A DNA stretch of 63,851 nucleotides, counting the filler, from an uncultured Candidatus Sumerlaeota bacterium (GTDB lineage Bacteria; CAYMEV01), in assembly GCA_964389675.1 (NCBI GenBank). It is 6 parts of 6 records of this genome, joined end to end, with 100 filler letters (N's around TTAATTAATTAA, not from the genome) between each part and the next. Parts side by side here need not be neighbours in the genome. Positions count along the whole stretch, not along the records: positions 25,921 to 37,983 come from CAYMEV010000041.1; positions 38,084 to 47,374 come from CAYMEV010000042.1; 4 more parts are not named here. One strand, written 5' to 3'. The translations under genes and the position numbers were made by a program. This document shows, one piece after another, positions 30,689 through 40,692 of this stretch. Each line of letters starts with the position of its first letter. The stretch's first letter is position 1. Below the pieces are notes generated by a model. It saw only the letters and a list, made by a program, of their open reading frames with translations. It did not search any database and was not told the origin of the DNA.

Positions 30689-32402
30689 TCCTGTCTCTGC
30701 TTTCAGAATGGGTATTTATTGGCGGAAGGTCCTTGATTATTTCACCTGTCAGCTCATATGCCAGGACCTTTTGGGTTTTTCCCTTAAGAAGAAGCTCACC
30801 TAAGGGTTTCATGCTGAAATAATCTCTGACTCCCAAAAAGGTCTCCTCTCCTATGGTGACACATTGGGGCCTGGATACAGATTCAAGGCGTTTTGCAACA
30901 TTGACCGCATCTCCCAGCGCTGTATACTCCATACGTATGTCAGATCCGAGGTTTCCAGCAACTACTTTTCCCGTATTGATCCCAACCCTTATTGAAAATT
31001 TCTGGTCTGCAGGCATTTCAGTATTAAGCCTGTCTACTTCACTGATCATTTCAATCCCGCACTTGGCAGCTTTTATAGGATTGTTCTGATCATAGTGGGG
31101 AGCGCCAAATAATGCCATTATCCCGTCACCAAGAAACTTGTCCACGATTCCCCCATTATTGAAAATTACCTTTGTCATTGCATTAAGGTATTTGTTGAGG
31201 AATACTGCAACCTGAGGAGGCGGAAGCATTTCAGAAAGAGAACTGAAGTTTCTGATATCGCAGAAAAGGACAGACAGCGTAGTTTTTTGCAGATCAAGTG
31301 TTGTTATCTCTTTGCCTATATTGTTAACTATTACCTCAACGATATCAGGACTGAAGTATCTCTGGAGGTTGTTTCTGATATTCCTCTCAGCTATGATATT
31401 GTCCATAAGCTTGACCTTGTGGACTGCCATAGCGATATTATTTGCAATTGTTATGAGCAGCGACATATCATCCTTGCTGAAAATATTTTCACTTATCAGG
31501 CTGTCAAGGTAGATCACGCCGATTACCTGGTCTTCAAGCCAGAGAGGAACGCATAATACGCTTCTTATCCCGTACATGTGTATTGAGTCGCCTGCTTTGA
31601 ACCGTGGGTCCAGAACAGCATTGGAGGTTATTATACCCACTCTCTCGTTAAATACCTTATTCAGGATGGTCGTGCTTATCTTTATATCATCATTATATTT
31701 ATCGTTTTTGCTCTTTGTGGATTTTATTTTGAGTTTTCTGGTACTTTCGTCATAGAGGAGTATGAAACCCCTGTCGGAGGAAAATACGTCAAAGAGAAGA
31801 GACATGATATTATCAAGGAGAGATTCGAGCTTAAATGTCTGGTTAACAAGTTCAGAGATCTTGTTTAGTATGTGTATAACCTTCTGAAGCCTGTTAATTA
31901 CCAGCAAACGGTCCTCATGGACCTTTTCCCCTTCAGCCGGGGTTTCTGGCTCAATCTGCTCTTCTTTTTGGCTTATTACCGATGTATCAATAATATCATG
32001 AAGTGATTGTATAATTGTTCCTGAATTGTTAAACAGGGTTTCAGATGAATCTTCATGGGTGATTGTAACATTTTGCTTGCTTTTGTCTATTTTTTCTATG
32101 GTCAGGACACTGGAGCCAATCCTTATTATATCCTTGTCAAAGAGCTCTTTTTCCTGAATGAAGATATTATTTACTATAGTGCCGTTTTTGCTTTCCAGGT
32201 CCCTTGCAAAAAGCCTGTCATCTTTCAATGAAAGCAGGAGATGCGTTCTTGATACCCCTTTGTCATTAAGGGCAATTTCATTTCCCGCTGCCCTTCCTAC
32301 ATAATTAATGTCTTTACTCAGCTTGAATACCTCTGTAGATCCGTCCTTATACTCTGCGATCACTTCCCATGTGATATTCTGATTATTATCTTTAGAATCC
32401 AT
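30678..32402 (-). CDS. FHA-GAF-adenylate cyclase
   Basis: FHA (GR, SRTH, SKNGT), GAF (SVLCVPL, IYLDS), cyclase (FCDIRNFS, DKFLGDG, YTALGDAVNVAKRL); alternative start 32426. Confidence 0.92.
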   Translation of the reverse strand: MDSKDNNQNITWEVIAEYKDGSTEVFKLSKDINYVGRAAGNEIALNDKGVSRTHLLLSLKDDRLFARDLESKNGTIVNNIFIQEKELFDKDIIRIGSSVLTIEKIDKSKQNVTITHEDSSETLFNNSGTIIQSLHDIIDTSVISQKEEQIEPETPAEGEKVHEDRLLVINRLQKVIHILNKISELVNQTFKLESLLDNIMSLLFDVFSSDRGFILLYDESTRKLKIKSTKSKNDKYNDDIKISTTILNKVFNERVGIITSNAVLDPRFKAGDSIHMYGIRSVLCVPLWLEDQVIGVIYLDSLISENIFSKDDMSLLITIANNIAMAVHKVKLMDNIIAERNIRNNLQRYFSPDIVEVIVNNIGKEITTLDLQKTTLSVLFCDIRNFSSLSEMLPPPQVAVFLNKYLNAMTKVIFNNGGIVDKFLGDGIMALFGAPHYDQNNPIKAAKCGIEMISEVDRLNTEMPADQKFSIRVGINTGKVVAGNLGSDIRMEYTALGDAVNVAKRLESVSRPQCVTIGEETFLGVRDYFSMKPLGELLLKGKTQKVLAYELTGEIIKDLPPINTHSESRDRNEN

Positions 32403-34830
32403 AGATATAAATATACCCGTTACCATTGTCAGAAATAAATATTCTGCTGTTTCTTACCTCTATATAATATGGGTTTTTCAGTTCAGGGAATTCGATAGTG
32501 CCTGCAAATTTGCCCTTGGATGTCATTGCTATTATTTTTCCGTTGCCCTCATCTGTGATGAGCAGGATATCCCTGTAAGCAGCTATCCCTACAGGGTCAT
32601 CGCAAATATCCTCCGGTATCTTAAAGCTGTTCAGTTCAACCAGGTTTGGCCTGAAAGCGTGGACAGTCCTGTTCTCATTGTCGACAACATATAAAATACC
32701 ATGGTGCATGGCCAATCCCATTGGCTTCTCGAGGCGTTTTCTGGTTTTACTCAGAAGATTGCCTCTTGTATTGTATTTGTAGATATGCCCTGTATCATAG
32801 TCAGTGATGAAGAATATCTCCTCGGCTGGAAGGCTTGCAATGAAAAAAGGCTTTTCATGCCCTGAATCAATATAGCTCAGCAGATTTCCCATCATGTCGA
32901 AGAATTTGATGCTCGCATTATTTGTATCAGAGACTATGAAAAGCTCTATTACCCCTCTTTTGTTTAGTTTTATGTCTGAGGGCGTATCAAGCCTTTCACT
33001 GTTGAAAAGCTTGAAATCTGAGGGATTATCCAGACTTGTGATCAGCACAGGGTCACCTCCGCCGATTGGGTCCTCAGTAATATATATCCGGTTTTTTACG
33101 ATGGTGAACCCCCTTGGGTTACGGAAATTATCCCCGTTCTTTTTAATAGTGTCCAGGAGGTATATGCTGTTTTTCAGTGCATGCAGTGCGGGGTTTCTTT
33201 CAGGGGCTGTGGTATGGCCAGGGGTTGTGTCTGTTGCTGGCTTATCTTCAATCTGTGTGGTTTCAGGGGTCTCTTCAGCTGTTTCAGGCTTTGTTGAGGG
33301 GACCTGGATTTCCTCTATACTGTCATGCATCACAGAATCCGGTCCAGTATCAGAAGTGCTGTTCTCCACTGTATTATCAAGAATAATTGCCTCCGGCACT
33401 GTTTCATCTTCAATTATGCTTTCTTCATTTGCCTGGGTATCTGAGGGGATCTCAGTGTCCCCCTGCAAATCCAGTCCATTGTCATTATCTGCCAGGCCGT
33501 CGTTCACAGCAGGCCCCTGTTCCTGGTCAATAATAGAGACTGGCTGGCCGGTCTCTGGCTTTTCATCTTCATTTATAGCTTCCTGTCCCATTTCTTCCAC
33601 AATTTCATTTTCTGCCTCAGATTTTCCGAAAAGCCCCACCCTGGTGTGAAGAAAATATATAAGCCCTGAAAACAGGGCGATATTTGCGAGCAGTATAAGG
33701 GCTATTGCCAGTATCCAGAAGGATTTTGACCTGCCTTTGGCAGGCTTTTCTGCCTGATCTTTTGAAACTGCCATGGTTTTTGACTGGTCGGATACCCTGA
33801 CTGTTCTTGAGTCTGATATTCCAGCTGTTTCTGATGCTGTTTCCTGCACTGGTTCCATGACCATCTCAGATGCTCCTGTTGCCAGAACTGTCCCGGATGT
33901 TTTTGAGCCTGTTGTCAGACCTGATGCTTCTTCAGCTGATTCCCTGGCTTTCTCAGGCATATCCATATGCACGGCCTGTGTCTCACCTTCGCTTTCGCCT
34001 GCGGGACTCAACAGGGCTGTCTTAATGTCTGATACAAAATCTGCAGCTGAAGCATATCTCTTTTCCGGGTCCCTGTCCATGCATTTCAGTATGGCCCTTA
34101 TAAGCCTTTGATTCTGTGACAGGAGGTTTGATTCAGGAAGTGCAGGCTTTTCATTAAGTATCTTATATACAATGGATGTAATATTATTGCCCTTAAAAGC
34201 CTTTTCTCCGGTAAGGACTTCGTATGCAAGGGCACCGAAACTGAAAAGGTCGCTTTTATAGGAAATTTCTTTGCCAAGAACCTGTTCAGGGCTCATATAT
34301 GAAGGAGTACCAAGGCTTTTTCCTGTCTGGGTAAAATTGGTCCCTGATATCTTTGCAATTCCAAAGTCTGTTATTTTTACTACCTTGTTTGATGTAAGAA
34401 GGATATTGGCTGGCTTAATATCCCTGTGGATTATTCCGTTTTTATGGGCGAAATCAAGCCCATCAGCGGTCTGGGACAGTATTGAAAGGGATATATCAGT
34501 GTTTATGGTCTTTTTTTCTGAGATGATCTCTTTCAGGTTTTTACCTGAGATGAATTCCATTATAATATATAGATTATTGCTTACACTGTCCTGGCCGAGA
34601 TCATAAATGGTGACAATGTTTGGATGAGACAATCTCCCCGCAGTCTGTGCTTCTCTCTTAAACCTTACCAGAAACTCCTCTTTCTCTTCATCATCACTGA
34701 AGAGGTCCATGCGAAGTGTTTTTATTGCAATGGTTCTTCCAATATTGGGATCATATCCCATATAGACGATCCCCATTGCTCCCCGGCCAATCTCCTTGTG
34801 TATTTCGTACCTGTCTATCTTTTTAATCAT
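32392..34830 (-). CDS. Membrane Hanks-type Ser/Thr kinase with extracytoplasmic NHL-like beta-propeller
   Basis: GRGAMG, AIK, HRDIKPAN, DFG, GTPSYMSPE; one TM; acidic linker; PxGIA-type repeats. Confidence 0.92.
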   Translation of the reverse strand: MIKKIDRYEIHKEIGRGAMGIVYMGYDPNIGRTIAIKTLRMDLFSDDEEKEEFLVRFKREAQTAGRLSHPNIVTIYDLGQDSVSNNLYIIMEFISGKNLKEIISEKKTINTDISLSILSQTADGLDFAHKNGIIHRDIKPANILLTSNKVVKITDFGIAKISGTNFTQTGKSLGTPSYMSPEQVLGKEISYKSDLFSFGALAYEVLTGEKAFKGNNITSIVYKILNEKPALPESNLLSQNQRLIRAILKCMDRDPEKRYASAADFVSDIKTALLSPAGESEGETQAVHMDMPEKARESAEEASGLTTGSKTSGTVLATGASEMVMEPVQETASETAGISDSRTVRVSDQSKTMAVSKDQAEKPAKGRSKSFWILAIALILLANIALFSGLIYFLHTRVGLFGKSEAENEIVEEMGQEAINEDEKPETGQPVSIIDQEQGPAVNDGLADNDNGLDLQGDTEIPSDTQANEESIIEDETVPEAIILDNTVENSTSDTGPDSVMHDSIEEIQVPSTKPETAEETPETTQIEDKPATDTTPGHTTAPERNPALHALKNSIYLLDTIKKNGDNFRNPRGFTIVKNRIYITEDPIGGGDPVLITSLDNPSDFKLFNSERLDTPSDIKLNKRGVIELFIVSDTNNASIKFFDMMGNLLSYIDSGHEKPFFIASLPAEEIFFITDYDTGHIYKYNTRGNLLSKTRKRLEKPMGLAMHHGILYVVDNENRTVHAFRPNLVELNSFKIPEDICDDPVGIAAYRDILLITDEGNGKIIAMTSKGKFAGTIEFPELKNPYYIEVRNSRIFISDNGNGYIYIYGF

Positions 34831-35020
34831 ATTCAGATCCCTTTTTTGCCTTATTTTGATTAAAATACAACAATATAAAATTGTCCTAATGAATTATTAT
34901 ACACATAAACATTTTATAATAAAGCTAAATTTTAATATCCCTTTCCAAAAATATTTATCTGCAATATTAAATAATATAATTTCCCGCCAGCCAGGCAAGA
35001 AAGCGGTAATGAACGTATCT

Positions 35021-36112
35021 TCAGTATATTATGCTTATGACAAAAGCAAGAGCGGAAGCAATTATCTGTCCAAAGATGAACCCCATCCAGAATCTGCTTT
35101 TATGGATTTTTGAAGGGAAATCCTTTAGAAGCCGGATTACAAAGAATATAAATACATTCAGGCCTGAGATCAGTGAGAGGTACATAAGGAACCTGTTCAG
35201 ATGAAATGCACCGGCAATGCTGTCAGGGTTTTCTTTGTCCAGTTCTGAATCAGCTGTAAATGAATAGTTAAGAGAATCCATGGGGATGATGTCTGCAGAG
35301 ACAGTAAGCCTGTGTGCCTGATTGTCAAAACCCGTACCGCTCTTCAGGATAAAATCATAGAAGCATGGCCTGTATTCCAGCAGTTTGTCAAGGCTGTTCC
35401 CAATATCAAGGTTATAGTCCGGATTATAGAAAAAGTTCTCAGAAATGATCTGACCTGTGGTTTCAGATGGGCTGAAATTGAAGATATAAACATAGGGATA
35501 TTTTTTTGAAATATCATAACTGATATCATAATCAAAGCTGATAGTATTCGAAAAAACAAAAACAGCTCCTTTAAGGCCTTTATCATATATCTGCTTCTGG
35601 AAAATATTTATCCTCCTCAGTATTTCTCCGCTTATCTCGCTGTATATATGCCTTGAAGGCTTAATGCTTTCAACTGTATTAAAAATAGTGTCCCTGTCGG
35701 ATGTAAAATCCACTATCCGCATTCCCTCGCTGTTTATTCCTACAAAGGCGGCCATATCCTCAGTGCTCATTGCTTCAAGGATTTTATATGATATCCTTTT
35801 TGATGATGCAACTGGCGTACCTCTCATATTCAAGCCCTCATCAATGATAAACAGCATGTAGAATCTGTGTTCCGGGTAGGTTGACTTGAAAAAGGATTTA
35901 GCAGATACTTCAGAATTATCGATTTTAAAGCTGAATGAATCTTTGCTTAGAGTATTTACATACCCGTGGTTTGTTTTTACAGAAAGCCTGAGTTTAATAT
36001 CCGGGAGCTCTTCAATATCTATATACTCAGGTTTTATTTTATATGAGAATAATGAGGAGCAGAAAAATGATGAGATAATAAACATAAATACCAGGTATTT
36101 AATTCTTTTCAT
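35021..36112 (-). CDS. vWA-like domain membrane protein
   Basis: Signal peptide; degenerate MIDAS-like FIIDEGLNM and DFTSDRD; C-terminal TMs. Confidence 0.6.
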   Translation of the reverse strand: MKRIKYLVFMFIISSFFCSSLFSYKIKPEYIDIEELPDIKLRLSVKTNHGYVNTLSKDSFSFKIDNSEVSAKSFFKSTYPEHRFYMLFIIDEGLNMRGTPVASSKRISYKILEAMSTEDMAAFVGINSEGMRIVDFTSDRDTIFNTVESIKPSRHIYSEISGEILRRINIFQKQIYDKGLKGAVFVFSNTISFDYDISYDISKKYPYVYIFNFSPSETTGQIISENFFYNPDYNLDIGNSLDKLLEYRPCFYDFILKSGTGFDNQAHRLTVSADIIPMDSLNYSFTADSELDKENPDSIAGAFHLNRFLMYLSLISGLNVFIFFVIRLLKDFPSKIHKSRFWMGFIFGQIIASALAFVISIIY

Positions 36113-36806
36113 TGTCTTCAGTCCGTATCAGCATAAGATTGGTGAGCCCGATGCTTATAATGTCTTCCTCGGTGATCCTGTATGGCTTTTTAGAAATCTC
36201 TTTACCATTCAGATATATCGGGTTTGTCGTTTTTGGCGAATTTTTGTAAAGAAGATCGCCTGTTTTGGGATTTATCCATATGTCAGCCTGTTTTCGGGAT
36301 ACGGTCTTGTCGTTTATTACTATATCATTGCTGAGATCCCTTCCAATTGAAAAAACATACCTGTCAGATATCTTAAAAATTTTTCCGCTGTCAGGGCCCG
36401 ATACTATCCTCAGATAATAGGGCTGGCCATTCTCTATCTTTTTGGGGATTCGAATCAGAAGTACAATATTCAGGATATAAACCAGTATAAGTATGGCATA
36501 AAGAATATTCATGATCAGCATACCCGTTCTTAAATCCGGGGTATACGGCTTATATGCCGGTTTAGAAATATCATGGTTATACTGGGTAATAACTGATTTT
36601 ATAGAAATATCCTGATTGACCTGGAGGCTTTCCTGAGAAATAAATATTACTTCGCTCATATCATTCAACCTGATGAGATATGAATTGTCCCTGAGACTGG
36701 CTGTCACTGTCCCCTCAATCTGGATGGGTTCAGAAGACAGGAGGGTATTTGCTGCAATTAACGCAGATAACAGAAAAAATATGAATTTTATATGCCTGCA
36801 GATCAT
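36099..36806 (-). CDS. Membrane-anchored FHA domain protein
   Basis: Signal peptide, TM, FHA motif IGRDLSNDIVINDKTVSRKQA...NG. Confidence 0.85.
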   Translation of the reverse strand: MICRHIKFIFFLLSALIAANTLLSSEPIQIEGTVTASLRDNSYLIRLNDMSEVIFISQESLQVNQDISIKSVITQYNHDISKPAYKPYTPDLRTGMLIMNILYAILILVYILNIVLLIRIPKKIENGQPYYLRIVSGPDSGKIFKISDRYVFSIGRDLSNDIVINDKTVSRKQADIWINPKTGDLLYKNSPKTTNPIYLNGKEISKKPYRITEEDIISIGLTNLMLIRTEDNEKN

Positions 36807-36811
36807 CTTTC

Positions 36812-37594
36812 TTATTTAATCTTTACTATTAATTTCATCCCCCGTTTTAAATTGAAATCATTTTTGCAGTTTCCGTTCCTGACAAAAAGCTCAAGAAAAC
36901 CAGAAGAGCCTTTTATCATGTTGATAGATTTCTCCAAACCTTCTTCATAGTTTTTAGAAGCCTTCTGAATAATGTGATCGAGGATCTTTGCACCGAATTC
37001 TTCTCCTGCGGCATCATTTCTAATATTCGTAACAGCATTCCCGAAGGTATCAAACCCGATGATCACTCCGCTGAGAAGGTCTTCTCTTTCTTTGCTGCAA
37101 TCGGGTATCATGATCTTTTTGAAATCTATGATCTGTTCTCCGGTATCAGCAGGATAGAGCCCCTTTGACATATGTGCGGCAAGAGGTGCGAAAATATCCC
37201 TGCCCTGGAATGTATTGCTTATACTTTCTAAAAAATAGTGAGTATATGATACATTGTATACTTCAGCTTTGGGGTTTTCCCTGTAAATAAAAGAGAGCAG
37301 GCCATTATCCGGTGCAATATAGAAGAATTCACCGTCTGAACAGGTTAATACCCTCCTGTCGGTTCCTACCCCGGGGTCTACCACACACAGGAATATTGTT
37401 TTGGGCGGAAAATACTTATAAGACTGGAAGAGCTTCAGCCCTGCATCAAGAACATCATGCCTTTCAATATTATGGGTAATATCCATTATCATTGCATCTG
37501 GATTTATATTGAGTATTACTGCCTTCATTACAGCAACAAAATGATCGCTTAAGCCAAAATCAGAAATCATTGCGATTACTCTTTTCTGTGCCAT
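36812..37594 (-). CDS. SAM hydroxide adenosyltransferase (DUF62, chlorinase/fluorinase family)
   Basis: SDFG, VVDPGVGTDR, APDNG, TFQGRDIFAP, DTFGN. Confidence 0.92.
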   Translation of the reverse strand: MAQKRVIAMISDFGLSDHFVAVMKAVILNINPDAMIMDITHNIERHDVLDAGLKLFQSYKYFPPKTIFLCVVDPGVGTDRRVLTCSDGEFFYIAPDNGLLSFIYRENPKAEVYNVSYTHYFLESISNTFQGRDIFAPLAAHMSKGLYPADTGEQIIDFKKIMIPDCSKEREDLLSGVIIGFDTFGNAVTNIRNDAAGEEFGAKILDHIIQKASKNYEEGLEKSINMIKGSSGFLELFVRNGNCKNDFNLKRGMKLIVKIK

Positions 37595-37597
37595 TTA

Positions 37598-37983
37598 TTA
37601 CTCCTTTTTATGTTCTTTGCTTCTCAGGTGATATGTATTATATTCGTCTTTAAGTTTTTTGTCTTCTAAATGTGTATATATCTCTGTTGTTTTCAGGGAT
37701 TCATGCCCAAGAAGGATCTGAATAGTCCTGATATCAGCCCCGCCTGCTAAAAGGTGGGTTGCATAGCTATGCCTTATTGTGTGAGGGCTGAAACTGATTT
37801 CAATGCCTGCGATTTTGCCGTATTTCTTAATGTTCAAAAAGAAGCACTGCCTGGTCATTGGTTTTCCCCTGTTTGTCAGAAAAACAAAATTGCTCCTGCT
37901 TTTCCTGGCAATAATATTCCTTGATCTGCTAAAATAATCCTTAAGTGTCTCCACTGTTTTTTCTCCAAATGGTACTATCCTTT
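37598..37983 (-). CDS. xerD: Tyrosine recombinase XerD (C-terminal part, 5'-truncated)
   Basis: [35 protein letters not shown]. Confidence 0.8.
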
Positions 37984-38083
37984 NNNNNNNNNNNNNNNNN
38001 NNNNNNNNNNNNNNNNNNNNNNNNNNNTTAATTAATTAANNNNNNNNNNNNNNNNNNNNNNNNNNNNNNNNNNNNNNNNNNNN
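37984..38083. other. Artificial contig linker
   Basis: N-run with TTAATTAATTAA. Confidence 0.98.
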
Positions 38084-38321
38084 TCTCACGGTTACTCAGA
38101 CAACGGGGGCTTTTATCTCCTTCCTCAAAATCTAGTATGCCAGATTCTCTTTCTTTTATCCAGTTCCTTATTGTCTGTTCGCTGACACCTGTTTCTTTGC
38201 TTGTTTTCCTGATGCTTCTGCTTTCAGGCGGTAATACTTTTTTTAGAATTCCTCGCTTGACTGAATTTGAATATGACATCTTTCCCTCCTTATTTAGAGA
38301 CGACATATATATTTGCACATA
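38084..38321 (-). mobile_element. Left end of an IS3-family element with the start of orfA (ATG 38279)
   Basis: HTH MSYSNSVKRGILKKVLPPESRSIRKTSKETGVSEQTIRNW; terminal IR TATGTGCAAATATATATGTCGTC resembles the IR at 47539-47561. Confidence 0.75.
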
Positions 38322-38342
38322 GGGTCAGTAATAATCTAATCC

Positions 38343-38387
38343 TATGACTATAGTCTATATTGTAATATTGCAATATGACTATGTCAA
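38343..38387 (-). promoter_or_regulatory. Sigma70 promoter with operator-like repeats
   Basis: Minus strand TTGACA (38387-38382), 17 bp, TACAAT (38364-38359); direct repeat TATGACTAT x2; palindromes GACTATAGTC and ATATTGCAATAT. Confidence 0.6.
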
Positions 38388-38408
38388 TTTCACGGGTATA
38401 ACATTCCA

Positions 38409-39386
38409 TTAGAACGGAAGAGTCAGGGATTTCTTTATCCGCTTTGCCTTGTATCCCTTCTTCTCCAATATCTCAATAATATTATTTTCCCCTGTGAAAT
38501 GTAATGCTCCTGCCATGGCAAATATTATATCATATTCATCCCCTTGAAGAAATTCCTCTACTGTATCTACCATATAAAGGTTTCTTTTTTCATGGATTAA
38601 ATCAAGTTTTATGGAAATAATAAGCTCCAGGTCTTTGTTTACTTCTGGATCAGAGTCTAATCTTGTTATATTAGCTATGTAATACTCATCTAACCATTCA
38701 TCAACAGAGCCATTCAGCCAGGCCTTCATCATTGATTCACAGGATTCCTTTATAAAAAGGCCTTCCTCAATGTATCGCCTTGCTAAATGGTAAATATGGT
38801 ACCCTAATTCCTCTCTGGAAAGATTTTCCTCCAGATAAACAGCGAAATAATCCTGTTTCTCTAAGGCGTATTTACTCCAGTTGTGATGTATATTCTTATA
38901 ATAATACTTATTTATAAAAAATATATCAATACCACCGCGATAATATTCATCCCACCCATAGATGCTACCGCTAATCTCAATCATCCTGTTAATAAAATAA
39001 TATGGCCGGTAAGGAGAATATGCATCAATGAATAGTTCATGTTCTTTAAACAATTCATCTAATTTTTGATAATACTCTTCAGTAATATAATTGCTTAAGG
39101 AATCCCCTAAAGGCAGCATCCATCTTTTGCTTCTCGAATCAGAACTCTCGGTTAGCAGTATATCCGATTTATTAAAAGCATCAATTATCTTTTGGTCTAT
39201 TTTCTCGTATAACTCCTGTTTAAATGCATGTATTGTCCCCAGCAGATAAAGGGTTTTGCCATTGCTTTTTATTTCCCATAAATATAAATACCCTCTAAAA
39301 AGACAGGAATATACTATGAAACTTCCTAATGCTAAAAGAATCAAGGCAAGTAATATTAATATCCTCTTTCTAATAATAAATACCAC
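38409..39386 (-). CDS. TraB/GumN (Tiki-like) family protein
   Basis: YLWEI..LYLLGTIH, GID, RNLYM, AGALH motifs; N-terminal anchor. Confidence 0.85.
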   Translation of the reverse strand: MVFIIRKRILILLALILLALGSFIVYSCLFRGYLYLWEIKSNGKTLYLLGTIHAFKQELYEKIDQKIIDAFNKSDILLTESSDSRSKRWMLPLGDSLSNYITEEYYQKLDELFKEHELFIDAYSPYRPYYFINRMIEISGSIYGWDEYYRGGIDIFFINKYYYKNIHHNWSKYALEKQDYFAVYLEENLSREELGYHIYHLARRYIEEGLFIKESCESMMKAWLNGSVDEWLDEYYIANITRLDSDPEVNKDLELIISIKLDLIHEKRNLYMVDTVEEFLQGDEYDIIFAMAGALHFTGENNIIEILEKKGYKAKRIKKSLTLPF

Positions 39387-39486
39387 TCCTCTGTGTATAT
39401 CGTAAGTACTGTCTTATTGCTATAGACATTTCCTCAGAAACTGGAAGGAATACCAGGGGGCATCAAACCCCCCCCTTTTATTGATG

Positions 39487-40692
39487 TCATAGTTTCAGAT
39501 ACCCGGCGTTGCTGATTGTATTTTCATCCTCCTGGCCCTTTTCGCTGTCACTTATTATTATTTCCCCCTCATTGGTGCGGAGCTTGCTCTGAATTATTCC
39601 GTAATGCTTCTTTGAGGCCATTATTTCACCGAAATTGTCAATACAGTCTATCCCTGATGAAAGCAGTTCGGGATCTATACCAGAATCTATTTCCAGTTCG
39701 CCGGTAACAATATAGCTTGTTCCTTCTTTGCTGAATTCAAGCTCTTCCTGTGTCAGCAAATGTTCCTGATTGATTTCTGCAAGCCTGTTCTTATAGCTCA
39801 GTATTCTTGTGAGAGGGTCGGGACAAAGGCTGAAGACGACCTCTGATCTATCCTCATGGCAGATGATACCAGTCTTGCTTATTAAACCCTTTATATGCTT
39901 TTTTAGTTCTTCGGATTTAATATCATCACTGATCCTGATGCCTGAAGGGCAGTAAATGCCTGTTTGGGAAAAGCGGGAAAGGTTCAGCCTGTTGAGTGTC
40001 AATTCCTTGCCAATATAGGTGAAACCGGCAGGGATTACCTCAATCTTGCTGGCTGTGCCTGACAGGAGCTTCTTACCTGTTATTGAAGAATATTCTTCTT
40101 TTACAATAGCCTTGCCTATAAGGCTTATCGACTTTATTTTCCTGTCCAGCAATTCAGCATCTATCTCATCTGTAATTTCAATTTTGCCTATAATAAACAG
40201 GAATGTACCATCATCCAGGGAGTTGAGAAATTGCTTGTTCATTATTATTTTCCCCTGATGCATGATCGCATTTGCCGGGTATGTATATACCTGGCCTGTA
40301 ATGCTCTTTATCTTAGACTGCACGGCCGGCATGATCTTCTCGGGGCACAGAAGCTGTCCTGTTATTAAAAGGGATTTGAATCCCTTTTCAATATCCTCAG
40401 GCTCAAGGTCGTTCTTGAAAATTATCTGTCCTGTGAGAAACAGGTCCAGGGGTTCCTTCTGCTGTTCGAGATAGCCCTTGTTTATCTCCACCTGGCCGGT
40501 AATTATCTTGCAGTCATCAGGGACCTCTATGGAGGCACCAAGATTCCCGAAGCTGAGCCTGGTAAGCAGATGGGCTGTCTTGCTGCTGTAGATGACCGCT
40601 CCCACATTGAGTATCTTCTCGATCTCGCTGATGGATTCCTCTGTTGCATTCCTTATGTCGAGAAGCCCGACATTTTTAATTATCTTTTTCAT
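39487..40692 (-). CDS. Hypothetical cytoplasmic protein coupled to ECF sigma
   Basis: 401-aa ORF overlapping the ECF stop; repeated (I/L)TGQ motifs; no TM. Confidence 0.75.
   Translation of the reverse strand: MKKIIKNVGLLDIRNATEESISEIEKILNVGAVIYSSKTAHLLTRLSFGNLGASIEVPDDCKIITGQVEINKGYLEQQKEPLDLFLTGQIIFKNDLEPEDIEKGFKSLLITGQLLCPEKIMPAVQSKIKSITGQVYTYPANAIMHQGKIIMNKQFLNSLDDGTFLFIIGKIEITDEIDAELLDRKIKSISLIGKAIVKEEYSSITGKKLLSGTASKIEVIPAGFTYIGKELTLNRLNLSRFSQTGIYCPSGIRISDDIKSEELKKHIKGLISKTGIICHEDRSEVVFSLCPDPLTRILSYKNRLAEINQEHLLTQEELEFSKEGTSYIVTGELEIDSGIDPELLSSGIDCIDNFGEIMASKKHYGIIQSKLRTNEGEIIISDSEKGQEDENTISNAGYLKL

Noticed and set aside
32894-33649. 251-aa plus-strand ORF and the other antisense ORFs in the track
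   Set aside because: Shadow frames of well-supported genes on the opposite strand
36812-37594. Possible halogenase (fluorinase/chlorinase) pathway
   Set aside because: Housekeeping context next to xerD with no biosynthetic genes; DUF62 SAM hydrolase is the more likely function
37598-37983. XerD as the integrase for the cassette array
   Set aside because: Different contig and typical chromosomal XerD motifs; no evidence of linkage
39456-39482. GGGGG-loop-CCCCC hairpin as terminator of the ECF operon
   Set aside because: The T-tract is on the plus strand, opposite to the genes' direction; weak support
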